The position numbers were made by a program, and so were the translations under genes. Below the pieces are notes generated by a model. It worked only from the letters and a program-made list of their open reading frames with translations, was not told the DNA's origin and made no database searches. This document shows positions 33,780 to 46,187 of a DNA stretch of 64,000 bases, in pieces (the stretch's first letter is position 1; every line of letters begins with the position of its first letter). Source of the stretch: Diplonema japonicum. Taxonomy: Eukaryota; Protista; Euglenozoa: Diplonemea. The stretch is taken from contig OZ025673.1 of assembly GCA_964019335.1 (NCBI GenBank), forward strand, positions 1 through 64,000, given 5' to 3'.

Positions 33780-35289
33780 CTATTTCCCTTCCGCTTGGCT
33801 CATGACCTTCATAAGTAGATCCTTAGAAAGCCCGCTCTTCCCCATGGAAGCCAGAAGAGGATCCTCTTCCACCAGCGGTTCTTTTGACCACTCTGCAAAC
33901 CACGCTCTCCTTTCTTCGGAGCCAAACTTCAGCGCAGCGATGCTAGCAGGAACATTTATGTTCATGATCTCTTTTTCGTGCTCTTGCACGTCGACAGGTC
34001 TCAGGTCGATCGGGCCCCCACTGTGAGAGTGACATCTTGCGTCGTGCACATACTCTGTTCTGCTCTCAGCCTCCTTCAGGATATCCAGCGGCGCTCTGTC
34101 AGGCGAAAAGTCTATTTTCTTGTAATGTATCTGTGTGTTGTATAAATAGTATTAACCTGTCTGTCTGTCTCCATACCAGCTTTTTCATCTCCGCGTCATC
34201 AAGCGTTGTGAAGTCGCAGCTCGTTTCTGTGCATTTTTTCTCTTCTTTCAGCTTCCTCAGTTCTTCCCTGACCTGCTCGAATCGCAGATCTACGCAGGCC
34301 GGCGTGTCCATCCCGCCCTTCTCCGCCATTCCAGCGTATGCAACTTTGAATTTCTCCATCCCAGAGTTGTATGGCCCTGCCAGCACTTCGTGCTCCGGAC
34401 GCTCTTCTTTGCAGTCCAATTCGCCACCTAGCTGCACAATCATAGCCGAGATGTTGTCCTTACTGCCGCGTGCCATTGCTTCGTCGCAGACCTGCGATGC
34501 GATCAATGCGAGGTCCTGTATGGTATGAGGAAGGTTGCAAAGGAATCTTCATACCAGCTTTCTGTCCAGTCTTTCAAATATGAAATCGATGACAGACTCG
34601 TTACAGAAGACATCCGACTCGAACACCCCATCGCAGCACAGCAGCACGAAGTCGCCTTCCTCCGCATCGTCGATGTGCATGAACTCTGGCACAGCGATCA
34701 CCTTGCTGTGGTACTCGCCTTGGTCCTTGTACGTCGCGTCACCAAAAGCTCTGCTGACGGCGAGGGATCCGTCGACTCTGCCATTTGACACGTACCCGGC
34801 TGCAGCCTCAATACGTGCTTTTTCCTGAGTCAGGGTTGGCTTGTGGTCAAGTGTCAGAGACACAGATGAACGATGCGCCCTCCTCCCGAGCACGATCCTG
34901 CTGTCACCTACGTTGGCAACCTGTAGTTTGTACTTGCTGCCTACTTTCCGTGCTGTCAGAAAGGTGCCCGTGGAACCCCCATCAGTGCCCCTTAGCAGGA
35001 ATTCTTTGTCTATTTTCAGCGACATTTCTTGCAACTCGTGATCACTGATGGGCATCTCGATATCGTTTAACAGTACAGGGAACCTGCCTGCTACGTATTC
35101 AGAGCACAAAGGCCCGCAGTGCCCGTCGAAGACCCCGAAGAAGCCCCAGTCGTCTCTGTGGTATATTGTGTGCGCATCTTCCATTTTGTCCCTGAACCCG
35201 TTCATGTACCCCACCCCTATGTGGAACAGGGGCGTCGTCTTTCGTTCTAATATCTTTGTAGTCACCGGCTTTGACAGTATGGGACCCAT
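33780..35289 (-). CDS. Protein phosphatase 2C (3 introns)
   Basis: MEDAH, FGVFDGHCG, ANVGDSR, DHKP, LAVSRAFGD, CCDGV, GSKDNIS. Confidence 0.95.
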
Positions 35290-35446
35290 CTTACCTTGTT
35301 TTTCTTTTCCAGTTTATCCCCCACGCTGCGTTTGTTTTTATTATTATTATTTATGTAATGAATACAACATAACACACGACAAAAAAACACACTCGTAATA
35401 TGCACGCCCTCCCCTCCCCTCCCCTCCCCTCCCCTTTGCTTTCTGC

Positions 35447-35862
35447 TTACTTGTCCTTTTTCGTCTCGCTGGACTTTTCGCCATCTTTTCCTTCTTCACC
35501 AATGACGTGGAAATCTTCATTGTTGAGGATAAGAGAGAAGAACCTGTTTTATTTTGTTTTTTCCAATAGGCATACCAATTTGTTGATAGCACCAACCCAA
35601 AGAGCAAACCCATCATGATCTTAAGGTGAATGTTCTCGCCGTCAACGAAAATGAGAACACTCAGGATGACAGCAAGAATAACGAAAATGACATTGATAAC
35701 CATCTGCATGGTGTGCGTGAGACCACTCCCCGGCACTAGCACAGAACTTACTGCCTGCACCAACCAGCTTTCCTCTTCCTCAGGGTTCTGCACAGCATCT
35801 GCCACGACCTGCTCTTCTGACGACTCTACCACTTGCTTCTGTGCTGCCTTCTTCTTCCCCAT
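35447..35862 (-). CDS. Pkr1-like V-ATPase assembly factor (2 TM segments, 1 intron)
   Basis: SSVLVPG...NIH...NW|FF resembles the Pkr1 pattern S(V/I)F.PG...NIH...WF. Confidence 0.65.
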
Positions 35863-37333
35863 TTTCTCCTTCTTTTTTTCTTCTCTTTTCTTCTTTTCCT
35901 AGGTGAGGATTAGGGAGAAAAATATGAGTTAAAGGGGGGTTGTTGTATGACACCTCCTCTTTAGCTTTCCCTTGGCTGCTTTTCCCTCCAACACCTCTAG
36001 GTCGTGCTTGGCCTTTGAATTGCTCTCTTGCTCCACTCGATCGCTCACCGAGGGACCTCACGGTCACGTTGTCTCAAAGTCGTGCCAGCTCCGTCGCCGA
36101 TACTACCGTGGTCTTGCTCCCTCCATGCCAGCGCGCTGGAAGAAAAAAAAGAAAAGAAAAGAAACGAAGAAAAGAAAAAAAAGATCAGCGGACACGGTGG
36201 GAAGACGAAGGGAATAGAAGGGTAACTAACTTACCACCGAAGCAAAAAGAGGAAAAGAAAAAAATGGGGGGGGGAAGATTCAAAACCCGCTGGAGTGCCC
36301 GACACGAAGGTTCAGTATTTCGTACGGCTACCGGGCTGGCGACACCTGACCCCCTTGGGTTAAAAAATATCCCAACTAAGCCCCGACCAAAGGAGTGGGC
36401 TCAAGGACTTTTGGAGATGCAAACAGGCAGGGAATCTAGCAGACTTGAAATCTTAAAAAACGTGGATCTTGGAGGTGAGGGAAATTCTGGCAGGAGCCGT
36501 TGGAAAGATAAGGGGACATATAAAGTTCTTACTTCTTGTCATTCTTTTTTTTTTTTTTTTTGTATTGCCTGAGCCCACATACCATGTGCAAGAACAAGCA
36601 GATACATGAAACACTGGATGGGGAAAGGGGCGAATGGGTAGCGGCAAATAAGAAAACACACTGCAAAGAAAGGGGGGGGGGGAAAGAAAAACTTTCAAAA
36701 AAAATCACTATGGTGCAGAATTATAAGCAACGCCTCACCAAAAAAAAAAAAAAAAGAAAAGAAAATCACTAAAGATAAGGGAAAGAGAAAACAGATTCAA
36801 ACCACATAACCATTCCGTCCCACCTTCTCATTTCTTCCATCAAGCTTTTCTTCTTCCCTTCATTCTTTCTTCCTTTTCTGAGGCCCTTCCTTCCTTCTTT
36901 TTTTATCCTCGTATCCATTCCACTGTTGGGCTACCTGATTTTCGCGTTCACCCAAGAATGTAAAAAGAGCAAAGAAAAGGAATTACAAAAAAAAAAAAAA
37001 AAAGAAGAACACCTCATACCACTCTCTCCAGGAGCAAAGAAAGCATCTTGGTGACACCCGAACATTCCTCGAAACAAGCCAAAAAAAAAAAAAGAAGAAA
37101 ATCGAAAATCGGAAGGTGGGGACAGAAACAAGAAGAAAAAAAAAAACTAAATTTACTTTTTCTAGACCCTAAGGGAAAAGAAGAAAGAAGAAGAAGAAAA
37201 AAAGAGAAATGAGGAAGGAGGAGAGAAGGGAAGAGCAATTTCTAAAAAAAAAGGGGGGGTTTATTTTTTCTTTTTTTTTAATTCTTTTTTTTTTGTTCCC
37301 ACGCAGATCTTTTTTCCGGAGAAAAAAAAATCT

Positions 37334-38526
37334 CTATTTCTTAACACGGTCATCGATGCCGATGACCATAGGTGTGGGGGCCTCTTGACCCTTTTTGCGG
37401 TAGATGGTGATCTCCTGCTGCTTAAAGTATCTGAAAAAGATTTGTGTTTTACATGATTCTTCAAAAAAGCACACCTCTTCCCATCACCAGTTACAAGCAC
37501 CAGGTTCACATAGTACTTCACAGAGAACATTTTGTTAACGGAGGTGTAAGAAGGGGTGAGTAGCGGTACGCTGTTGAGGTACAGACGGATGGGGACCACC
37601 TCACCCGGGACTGGCAGCCCATCCATAATCTCAAACTTCTGCAGAGTCTCTGTTTCAAAGAACTGGTTTTGCCCCGTGCCGATATACTCCCTCCTCACCA
37701 GCGAAACCTCGCCATAATGCAGGTCTAACTTGGCCACCTTGAACCCGACCTGTGGCAGGGATTAGGATGAAGTTAGTTAAGCATACCTGTCCAACCACCC
37801 TCTCCTTGATATGGAATATTTTCTTATCATATTTGAACTCGATGTGCAGCACGTCGTCCACACCCACCTCCATCCTTACACCTTTCGAGAAATCTGTCTC
37901 GCGAGCGTACGGCTTGTCCTAAGAAAAGGTTTGATTTGAAATATAATAAGAGGGGCAGGGGACACACCTCGCTTCTGTCGTTCAGCTCTTGGAACTGGTC
38001 ATCGATTATCGAGACCCATAATTCTTCTTTGAAGGAAACATTTACCATCGACTTCTTTATCGTCAGCTTGAGCAAGTACTGCACCTTTGCGTTCACCCCC
38101 CTGTAACTGTCGTACTCCTTTTCCACGTCGAAGTTGAACTCCAGCGGTGTACGGTCACAGAGAGTCCCGCCGTCAGGCTGATATTTCTTCTCCTTCCGCA
38201 TGAACTCGACCCGTTCCTCCTTGTCCGCGTTGACAGTGATAACTCCCACAAACTCTATGAGGATGCCCTGGTGCGTGATCTTACCCTTCGGCAGCAGTAT
38301 GAACTTTCCTGCTACAGGTTCTTTTCCGCTAAATAAATACATCTTCTGCGAAGAGAACTCTTGCCTGCCGTGGATTTCACAAAAGAGGGCCATACCTGTC
38401 CTCCACGAGGATCTTGCCGTCCACCGTCTTGTCCTTGAAGCTCACTTCGATGTCGCACCCGTCAACCTTCTTCATCATCTTGCCGAAGAAGCCCGTCTTC
38501 TTCTGCTCTTCGGGGGGCTTCGACAT
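37334..38526 (-). CDS. VPS26: Retromer subunit Vps26 (4 introns)
   Basis: HQGILIEFVG, YDSYRGVN, MEVGVDDVLHIEFKY, FEIMDGLPV.GEVVPIRLY, R|YFKQQEITIYR. Confidence 0.95.
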
Positions 38527-38602
38527 TTGCAACATTGTGTATGAACTTCCCTCCTACATGTGTGGACAACCGCAACGCAAACTAACAAAAAAAAACATTA
38601 AT

Positions 38603-39559
38603 CTAAGAACTCTTTTCATAAACCTTGCTCACAGGCGGGTGTCCCTTCTCACTTCGGAAGCTCAGAAGCGACTCAGCTGTTTTTTGGAACACATCTCTTC
38701 CGAGAAGCATGTAGGCCAAGTCAAGAAGACGCCCTGCTTCCGTGTGCTGTGCCGTCCCTGGCTGCACCAGAGCAAGGTAGTTCAACCCCACCTCGAGGCC
38801 GTGGCCGAAGTCACACTCATCGTTGGCGATGTCAACAAATTGGGATATAGACGCCAAGCTGTCTGCCTGGGTCTTGCTGTTAGTGCCGTCCATCGCTTTC
38901 AAGATCAGCTTCTTTAGCTCATTAACACTACAACTCATATTTCTGTACCCGACGTCCGTCCTTTTGTTGAAGGGTACGGACATGCCAAGCTTGCTCAGTG
39001 GCTGAGCTATGGCTTTCTTCGTTCTCCGTTGTTTCAAGTCACCAAGGCTAACAGCCTTCTGCTTGTCTTCTGCCATGGCCCCCTTCAACAGCGCAGACAG
39101 CTTGGTCTCCTTTGTTTCCACACACCGCTGTACCAGAAACTGCAGCAGCGTCTGGGCACAAATGTCAAACTCATAACTGTCGAGGGTCCCCTTCACCACC
39201 ATACCGGGCTGCTCCTCAGGGTCGTCCCTATGGTAGCACCAGTGCTTGCTGGGCCTGTTCGTACCTGCGTCTGTGAGAATAGTCATAACCTCAGGGGGGT
39301 CGTACTGGTAACGCCAATGCATGTTCAAATCAACTCCTGAAGGAAGCACACCCTTCAGCACCTCAAAGGGCCCTACCAGCCTCACACCCAAAGCGCTGAA
39401 TGCTTCCAATGGTGTCTTGGGACTTACTTGCACTGCAATGCTGTACACCAAAAGGACTTCACGCGGGATAGGCATTCCGTAGGCATCGCTCAGGTCACCT
39501 ATGTCAACTGCACCGTCCCTCTCCTCATCGTCTTCAACTCGTCCTTTCTTTGGAGGCAT
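38603..39559 (-). CDS. HPF1: Histone PARylation factor 1-like protein
   Basis: LVGPFEVL, HWRYQYDPPE, HWCYHRDDP, VGYR, ANDECDFGHGLEVG. Confidence 0.88.
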   Translation of the reverse strand: MPPKKGRVEDDEERDGAVDIGDLSDAYGMPIPREVLLVYSIAVQVSPKTPLEAFSALGVRLVGPFEVLKGVLPSGVDLNMHWRYQYDPPEVMTILTDAGTNRPSKHWCYHRDDPEEQPGMVVKGTLDSYEFDICAQTLLQFLVQRCVETKETKLSALLKGAMAEDKQKAVSLGDLKQRRTKKAIAQPLSKLGMSVPFNKRTDVGYRNMSCSVNELKKLILKAMDGTNSKTQADSLASISQFVDIANDECDFGHGLEVGLNYLALVQPGTAQHTEAGRLLDLAYMLLGRDVFQKTAESLLSFRSEKGHPPVSKVYEKSS

Positions 39560-39800
39560 TCCTTTTGTGAGTGATACAGTTTGTGGGAGGAAGTGAAAGG
39601 TGTTAATGTTTTAAAGTAAAGGGGGAACGCCAATTTACTGCATCACTGAAAGCAGGTACTGGATGAAAGGGGGCGTGTCCTCATTCAATTATAGAGGAGC
39701 ACCACGCAACATAGTTAACTATTCTAATAAAAAATCAGGACTGCGCATGTTAAGTCTTTCTTCAAGAAAAATATTTACAAGCCGGGGGAGTGTAACAAAA

Positions 39801-41847
39801 CTAGTAGTCCTTTGCGGATGTTTGAGCCTTAAGGCTGTCTCTGTCGATCTGTGTAGATGCGCTGGAACAGTGTGTCATACCCTCCAGATGAAGATGCCCC
39901 CCTCCTCCCCGACGGAGACGATGGATTCGCCATCTGGACTGAACTTGGCCTTCTGGATGTTCCCCGAGTGCCCGAGACCGACCTGTGTCTTACACAGTGG
40001 ACGTGCGGCATACCTGCACCACTGATCCTGCATCGTAGTCCCAAAGCTTCAGGATCTTGTCGCCACCACCTGTGACAAAGTACCTCCCATCTGGGCTGAT
40101 GTCCATTGTGTTAATCTCTCCAACTTTCGACCCTTCTAGCTCGCGTATCGCACTGCACTCGAAGGCATCCCAGTACGTTATCTTCTTGTCGCTGCCCGTT
40201 GTGAGGATCTGGCTCTCATCAGGGAAGTATTGCGTCGACTGTTGTGGCTTACGAGGCAGACCGTTGCATACCTTAAAGTAAGTCTGTGCGTACATGATGC
40301 CCCTCCGCATGAACCTGTTCAGATCCCACACGATGCAGCTTCCGTCGTCGCTAGCAGACACGCACTCCATGTCCGTGCCCCGTATGCAGATCGAGTTCAC
40401 TGTTGCCTTGTGCTCTTTCATGCTTGCCTCCATTGTCTGGCTGCTGGGCCCAATTTTCCAGACCCTTACCTGCGAGTCAGCACCGCCGCTCAGCAGGCGT
40501 TGGTTGTTGTTGTCAACGCACAACGCAGTGACACCAGTAAGGTTGCCGCTGATCCTTTTCATGCCTTGGATCTTGTGAGCGTCGTGAATTACGTAGAGCT
40601 GTTTGGGTTGTTGCACTGTTGAGCAAACATACCAGTTTTCCAGACTGAGGACCGAAAGCTCGAATCTTACCATCGCTCCATCCACTGACGATGGCCTTTC
40701 CATCCTTCGTGAAGGCAACAGCATTACACTCGAGGTTGGCCACCTGGATGCGAAGAAGCTCCTGGCTGGTCCTAGCGTTCCATATCCTGATATCGTGGTT
40801 GGAGCATGTGGCGAACAGCTCGCTGTAGCCGTATGGGAAGCAGATGTCGTTGATGCGCTCAAAGTGGCAGGTCTGTCTGAGCTCTTCTTTGAAGGTCCTA
40901 GCGTTCAGGTAGTACACGTTTGACTTACTGGTCCCAATGAAGTAGTGATCGCCATGCGCCGCTACAGAAGTCACTGCGCCCTGCAGCCTGATGGACTTCA
41001 ACACTTTCAGGTCTTTTGCAGACAACAGAGAAACTTCACCACCACCGGAGCCGACCAGGACGTCGCCGCTCTCCACAAGAGTGCAGCACATGATCCCTTG
41101 CACTAGATTCTTAGCGGGACCGGTGAATTTGAAAGAGCAGGGGTCGCCTAACTGAATGCACATCAGGTCGCCAGTGGAAGTGCCTACAAAGGCGTAGTTG
41201 TCCGAGGGCTCGATGACAATGGTGCGGCACACCCTCTTCATAGTCCCCAGGCTCACGTCCGTGGGGTGAATCTTTCTGTTCACGACATCGACATCCCACA
41301 CCCTGAGCACACCTTGCCCGCCTGTGACGAGCTTCGTGTTCACATTATTGAAGAAGCAGATAGACATGGACAGATCCGAAGAGGCGGGACCACCACACAG
41401 TGGCCTCCCGGTGCTCAGATCCCACACAACAAGCGTGTTATCATCCTGACCACCCAAAGAGGCCAGGTATGCTTCGTCATGTGAGAAGGCAAGAGCCTGT
41501 ACTTTGACCTTATGGAGGGTCATTCTGAAGATGAGCTTCTGTGTTGCGTATTCAAAAACGCAGATATCTGCCTGGAAACCCATATGTGTGGTCTGCCCAG
41601 AGGCGATGTATTGCCCGCTTTTACTGATGGCAACGCAGTTCACCTTGTCACTGTGCCCGAGAAGGAACTCGTTTGCCTTTGGGTTCCCAATCTCACGGAG
41701 CACGATGCACGATCCCAGCGTGTACACCAAGTGCTGCCCATCAGGGTGTATGTGCATTGCACCAGCCACATTGCCGCCGAAACCCACAACAGACTCCAGC
41801 TGGAGCTTGGGTGTCTTGAGGACGTCCAAGTTCAGATTCGTTGCCAT
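39801..41847 (-). CDS. CFAP52: Flagellar WD40 protein CFAP52/WDR16 (about 4 introns in the 3' third)
   Basis: LESVVGFGG, ASGQTTHMGFQAD, LHKVKVQAL, ASLGGQDDN, TCHFERIND, SGWSDGKIRAFGPQSGK. Confidence 0.93.
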
Positions 41848-41936
41848 GTTGCTGTCTGTAAGCTGCAGCTGTGGTTGGGCGCTAAGGAATGGATAAATAA
41901 CAAACAAGAATCACTTTTTACATTGATGAGAGAATC

Positions 41937-42866
41937 CTAGACGGTAACACCGCCTACCTTTGTACAAGCCCAAGGAGCGCTGTGGGTGATAATGAGTGGG
42001 ACAACGTGAGGGCATACCTGATAGGCATTGTTCGCTTAGTCTTTGTGGACCACGTGTAAATAGGCTTGAGCTTCCTTTTCACTTCCTTCCTGCCTTCGTC
42101 TGGTGGGTACGTGGGCGACATATACGTCGGGTAGGGTCCAAAAGTATTTTGGATATTTTTCCGGAGATTCGTACACTGCCTGCCAATAGTCACTTTCTGC
42201 TTCTTCTTCTCAGTTGGGGCTGTCACTGCTCTTGGTCCTTTGTGCGTATTGCTGTCGAAAAGCCCGCCACCCTTTCCGCATTTCAGTCTGAAGGGCGGTG
42301 GGGGCTTCAGGGGAACTGGGGAGTTGTTCATATGCTCGTACGGCGCTACCTTTTCAGGGAGCCGTCCGGTGCTGAAATGACGTGAAGAGGGAGGGACCGA
42401 ACCGGGAAGTGGCGGGGGTCCAAGGGGCTGATAGGGTAAACGGGAGAACAGGTCATTTTTCACTGTTGAAGTCCACGGTTTGTCCCCGCGGCATTTCCCG
42501 GTGTTCGCATTGGGTGCTGTGTCCACCGCCAAGGGAACACCACCACAACCCTGTGCTGGGCCCCTGTCCAGCTTGCAGTTCATTCGCTTGCCTTGGTTTC
42601 TATGAAAATACGAATCATTCACGTTTCCGGTGACATCGGGATTATGTATCTCCGGCTGGAACTGTCCTTCGGCACGCAAGTCGTGAAAAGGACACGACTC
42701 CTTCTGGCGAGTCTCAGGGTCCCATTTTCTGAAGGGGTAGTCGACCGCCCTATTATGCGAGGCCCAATGCGCCAGACCGTCACGGTGCATAGGCTGTGCG
42801 TTGTTGAGTTCATTCCACTAAACATACCGCGCAGTGCACCTTCGACTCAAATCTTCCCTCCGTCAT
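41937..42866 (-). CDS. Hypothetical basic Pro-rich protein, possibly ciliary
   Basis: ORF 41954-42790 extended by a small intron at each end. Confidence 0.6.
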
Positions 42867-42921
42867 CTTGTCGCACTGTGATGTGCTCTGAGGTGCTCAG
42901 AGATACAAAATAAGAACTATA

Positions 42922-44148
42922 TTACTTGCTAGCATCTAGTTTCCTCATTAATTCTACTTCATGCGACAGCTGCAGTGCGGCTGTGAAGGATTGTTTAGAA
43001 AGGTCGACCTCTTCCGAGAGAAGAAGAATCTGCTTCCCAAGTGTAGTCATCCTGTGCTTGGCCAACGCAAGACATGTTTCAAGCAAAGCCTTGTCGGCTT
43101 CACGTATGGATAGTGACAGCGACGGCGGCTCGTCCATGCGGGGTGGGTGGGTGCCCAGGACACTCTTGCAGTAAGTAGTGATGTACGCCCATATATTCCA
43201 CTCGTTCTCTAATGACACCTGTGTTGCAGTTGCTGCAATCACTTCATCAAGAGATGTGTGAAGAGCAATGTCACTGTGGGATAAGTACCTCGTTCTCAAA
43301 AGCTTCATCGCAGCTGCAGAAGGCCCGTTCAGAGTAAGGCAGCAGTCAGCACTGCCCTCCATCAGCAAGCTTTGCTTCAGAATGTCCATGTCAGTTGCTG
43401 TGTGCAAATCCCCGGTCAGTGGCGGCACATGAAGAGGGTACTGAAACATCGAGCTGACTTGCGCGTCGATGAATCCATAGCAGGCGACCTGCTCCCAACC
43501 GCACAAAGCATTGTACTTCAGCAACACTTCTTCGCCTTTTGCGTAGCTCCTGTCGCACGTGAAGGTGAAGTACTCGTCGTCATTACTCAACTCGAAGCAA
43601 TTGTTGCCCTCTGGACTGTGGTTGAACATATCGCCGTAGGGAATCAACAGAAGGTTGTCGCCCCTACCTGTGAAACCACGTGTGTCTATAACACCATTGC
43701 ACCAACTGTACTCTTCGAAGGTGATGTTCTCGTCGCTGAGCCGCTCATAACCACGCTGCAAGTCCTTTTTGAGCTGCTTCGCTTGCCTGATGCGTAACTG
43801 AGTACCCAGTGATTCTATATCCTCATCGGACCACGATGAGATCGTGCTGTACCTTTCTGGCAGGAGCGCCAGCCACTCCTTGAACAAGGTGGTTTCCATG
43901 TTCTTTCGCTCATGCAGCAGACTCATGATTAGTCGTTCCTTTTGTGTGAGGTTATCAATCTCAGCTTCCTGAAAAAAGAGTTTCTTCGGCACCTTGAGCA
44001 GTATGTCACCCTTCACCAGGTTCCTGCTGGCCATCATGGCATGCCCTTTCCCGTCTGCCCACCCGATCTCCACACTCCGCACTACACCTTCTCTATCCAT
44101 CTTATCCTCCAGGGACAGTGCCAGTTGCGCATCATGCTTTACCTCCAT
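42922..44148 (-). CDS. SET-domain lysine methyltransferase (Rubisco LSMT-like)
   Basis: KGHAMMA, LIPYGDMFNHS, GEEVLLKY...YGF. Confidence 0.9.
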   Translation of the reverse strand: MEVKHDAQLALSLEDKMDREGVVRSVEIGWADGKGHAMMASRNLVKGDILLKVPKKLFFQEAEIDNLTQKERLIMSLLHERKNMETTLFKEWLALLPERYSTISSWSDEDIESLGTQLRIRQAKQLKKDLQRGYERLSDENITFEEYSWCNGVIDTRGFTGRGDNLLLIPYGDMFNHSPEGNNCFELSNDDEYFTFTCDRSYAKGEEVLLKYNALCGWEQVACYGFIDAQVSSMFQYPLHVPPLTGDLHTATDMDILKQSLLMEGSADCCLTLNGPSAAAMKLLRTRYLSHSDIALHTSLDEVIAATATQVSLENEWNIWAYITTYCKSVLGTHPPRMDEPPSLSLSIREADKALLETCLALAKHRMTTLGKQILLLSEEVDLSKQSFTAALQLSHEVELMRKLDASK

Positions 44149-44281
44149 CCCACCTGGTGTGCTTCACTTGGTAACTTGCTACGTTAACATAGCACTACAC
44201 TTTCTGAGCCCACTAGGCTCGGGTTATTAAAAAAGAAAAAGATGAAGGGTCTGCATGACCTTTGCAATACACTATGAAAGA

Positions 44282-44751
44282 CTACCACACTGTGTTTTCT
44301 GGCTCCTTTCGCTCGGTGTCGTTGCTGGCCCCCCTGTCCCTGTCGTCCCTGACCTTGTCTCTGTCCTCTCTACCCCTGCCCCTGTCGTCCCTGTCATCTC
44401 TGCCCCTGCCCCTGTCGTCTCTGTCCCTGTCCCCTCTATCCCTCCTCGATCTATGTTTGCCATAATCAATTGAGAGTCCGTCGGACCTTTCCGAAAACGG
44501 GTACCCGGACAGCATGTCCATGCAATAGGTGGCCTGACGTATGGTGTCGAACTCGACGAAAGCAACGTAGTTGCGGTTAATGTTCTTCAGTCGTACATCA
44601 CGCATGCCTTCAAAAGGCATGAATGGGTCTGCATAGGTGTTTAATGTTCTAACTACATACGTCTCACCTCCCTTTCTGTAACATCATCTGGCAGCCCAGT
44701 CACGTGCAGCACATTGTTCTCAGGCGTGTCCCTTCTCCTTCTGTTCGGCAT
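44282..44751 (-). CDS. RRM protein with an RD/RG-rich tail (1 intron)
   Basis: VLHVTGLPDDVTEREV, VAFVEFD, LSGYPF, LSIDYGK. Confidence 0.88.
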
Positions 44752-44848
44752 TTCTCTTTTACTTTCTCTAAAACTGAAATTGCTGGCAAAGAAAAACAAG
44801 AATATAACACCCTTCCCACAAAAGATCCTAGTTAGTATGCACCCCTTG

Positions 44849-45597
44849 CTACAGCAGCTGGAGTGCTTTGAGCACAACGTCGGTGTCAGCCAGGTTGGGG
44901 AAGACGACTGGGATGCACTCTGTCGTTGACGCTGCGGTGAGGACGTCGACAGAAAAGATGCCTGTCGTGACGCCAATGGGGAGGACGCCTGCGTCAGTTG
45001 CTGCAGAGATGTCAGCCGGAGCATCGCCAAAGTGGTAGGAGCGCACAACGGGGGGAGGAATCAGCGTGTTCGCGTACTTCAGGCACTCGACACGTGAGTT
45101 GAAGTCCCCACCAAAACCCCCGAAGTTAGGTGTCGTGAAATAATCCTTGATGCCAACAGCATCGAGCTTCTTCCAAGCAATGCTGCTCACATTCCCTGTC
45201 ACAAGACCGACCTTCACATGATCCATCTTACTCAAAGCAACAAGCAAATCCTCTACTCCAGGAAGCACCTGTAGCCCATCCCCCCATGACCCTTCAGCGG
45301 GCTCCCATGCAGTGATCTCCTTCACAATCTCCCTCAGAACTCCCTCGTTCGCCTCACCACCCCGCAGTTTCACCATGTCCATGATGATCTCCCTGTCGGT
45401 CCTCCCATGGTGGTCCACCTCCTTGACCTCTACTGTCTTACCTGTTACGACTTTCACTCCATGACTTATTGCCTCTTTATGCTTTGAGTTGGTCACCTTC
45501 TTTGCTTCCTTTAGCCCCGGCTTCGCACCAATGAGCGTCCCGTCAATGTCGAAGGTGATCAACACAGTCATGGTGCAGTTGTGTACAGTCCTTCGCA
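44849..45597 (-). CDS. HAD-superfamily phosphatase
   Basis: FDIDGTL, LVTGN, FGDAPADI...GVTTG. Confidence 0.92.
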
Positions 45598-46187
45598 TGT
45601 CGAACTGGTTTGACTGCAGCAAAAGAAAAAACAAAATTAATAGAAAGAATGAAAAAGAGCGGCGATTGTTGGGTGTACAAAACCAAAAACTAACGCTTCA
45701 TATCCTAGTGACCCAACAGAGCCCGCATTTTGAAGAACTAAAAAAACCTCCAATTGCTTTTTCTAGGGCTGGAATGGATTTATTTGCGTCCGGACACCAA
45801 AGTCCGACAACATGGAATCCTTTTAAAATCTTTTTTGGTTATTTTTGGAACTTCTTTGGAACTCACCGTTCTTTCATGTCCGATATATGGATCTTTTGAA
45901 AAAGAATTCAGCGTCAACCTTAGAGCATTTTTGCCATTTTTCCCTTAAATCCATGATCCCCTTAGGACATAGGCCGGGTCACAGCGGATATGGAGCGTAA
46001 AATAAAGGGCGTGAATGGGAAAGACGATCAAAAAACGAGCTAGTGCAAGGATTGTTTAAGCCACTTATTGTGGCGATACGTATATCCTTGCCTTGCTGTT
46101 AAGATACACTAGCTGCTGTTGCAGCTCTGCTATGTGGACCGGCTAGAGTGTCCAGTAGCTGAGATCCAGGGTGGGGCCCTGCGGCAC

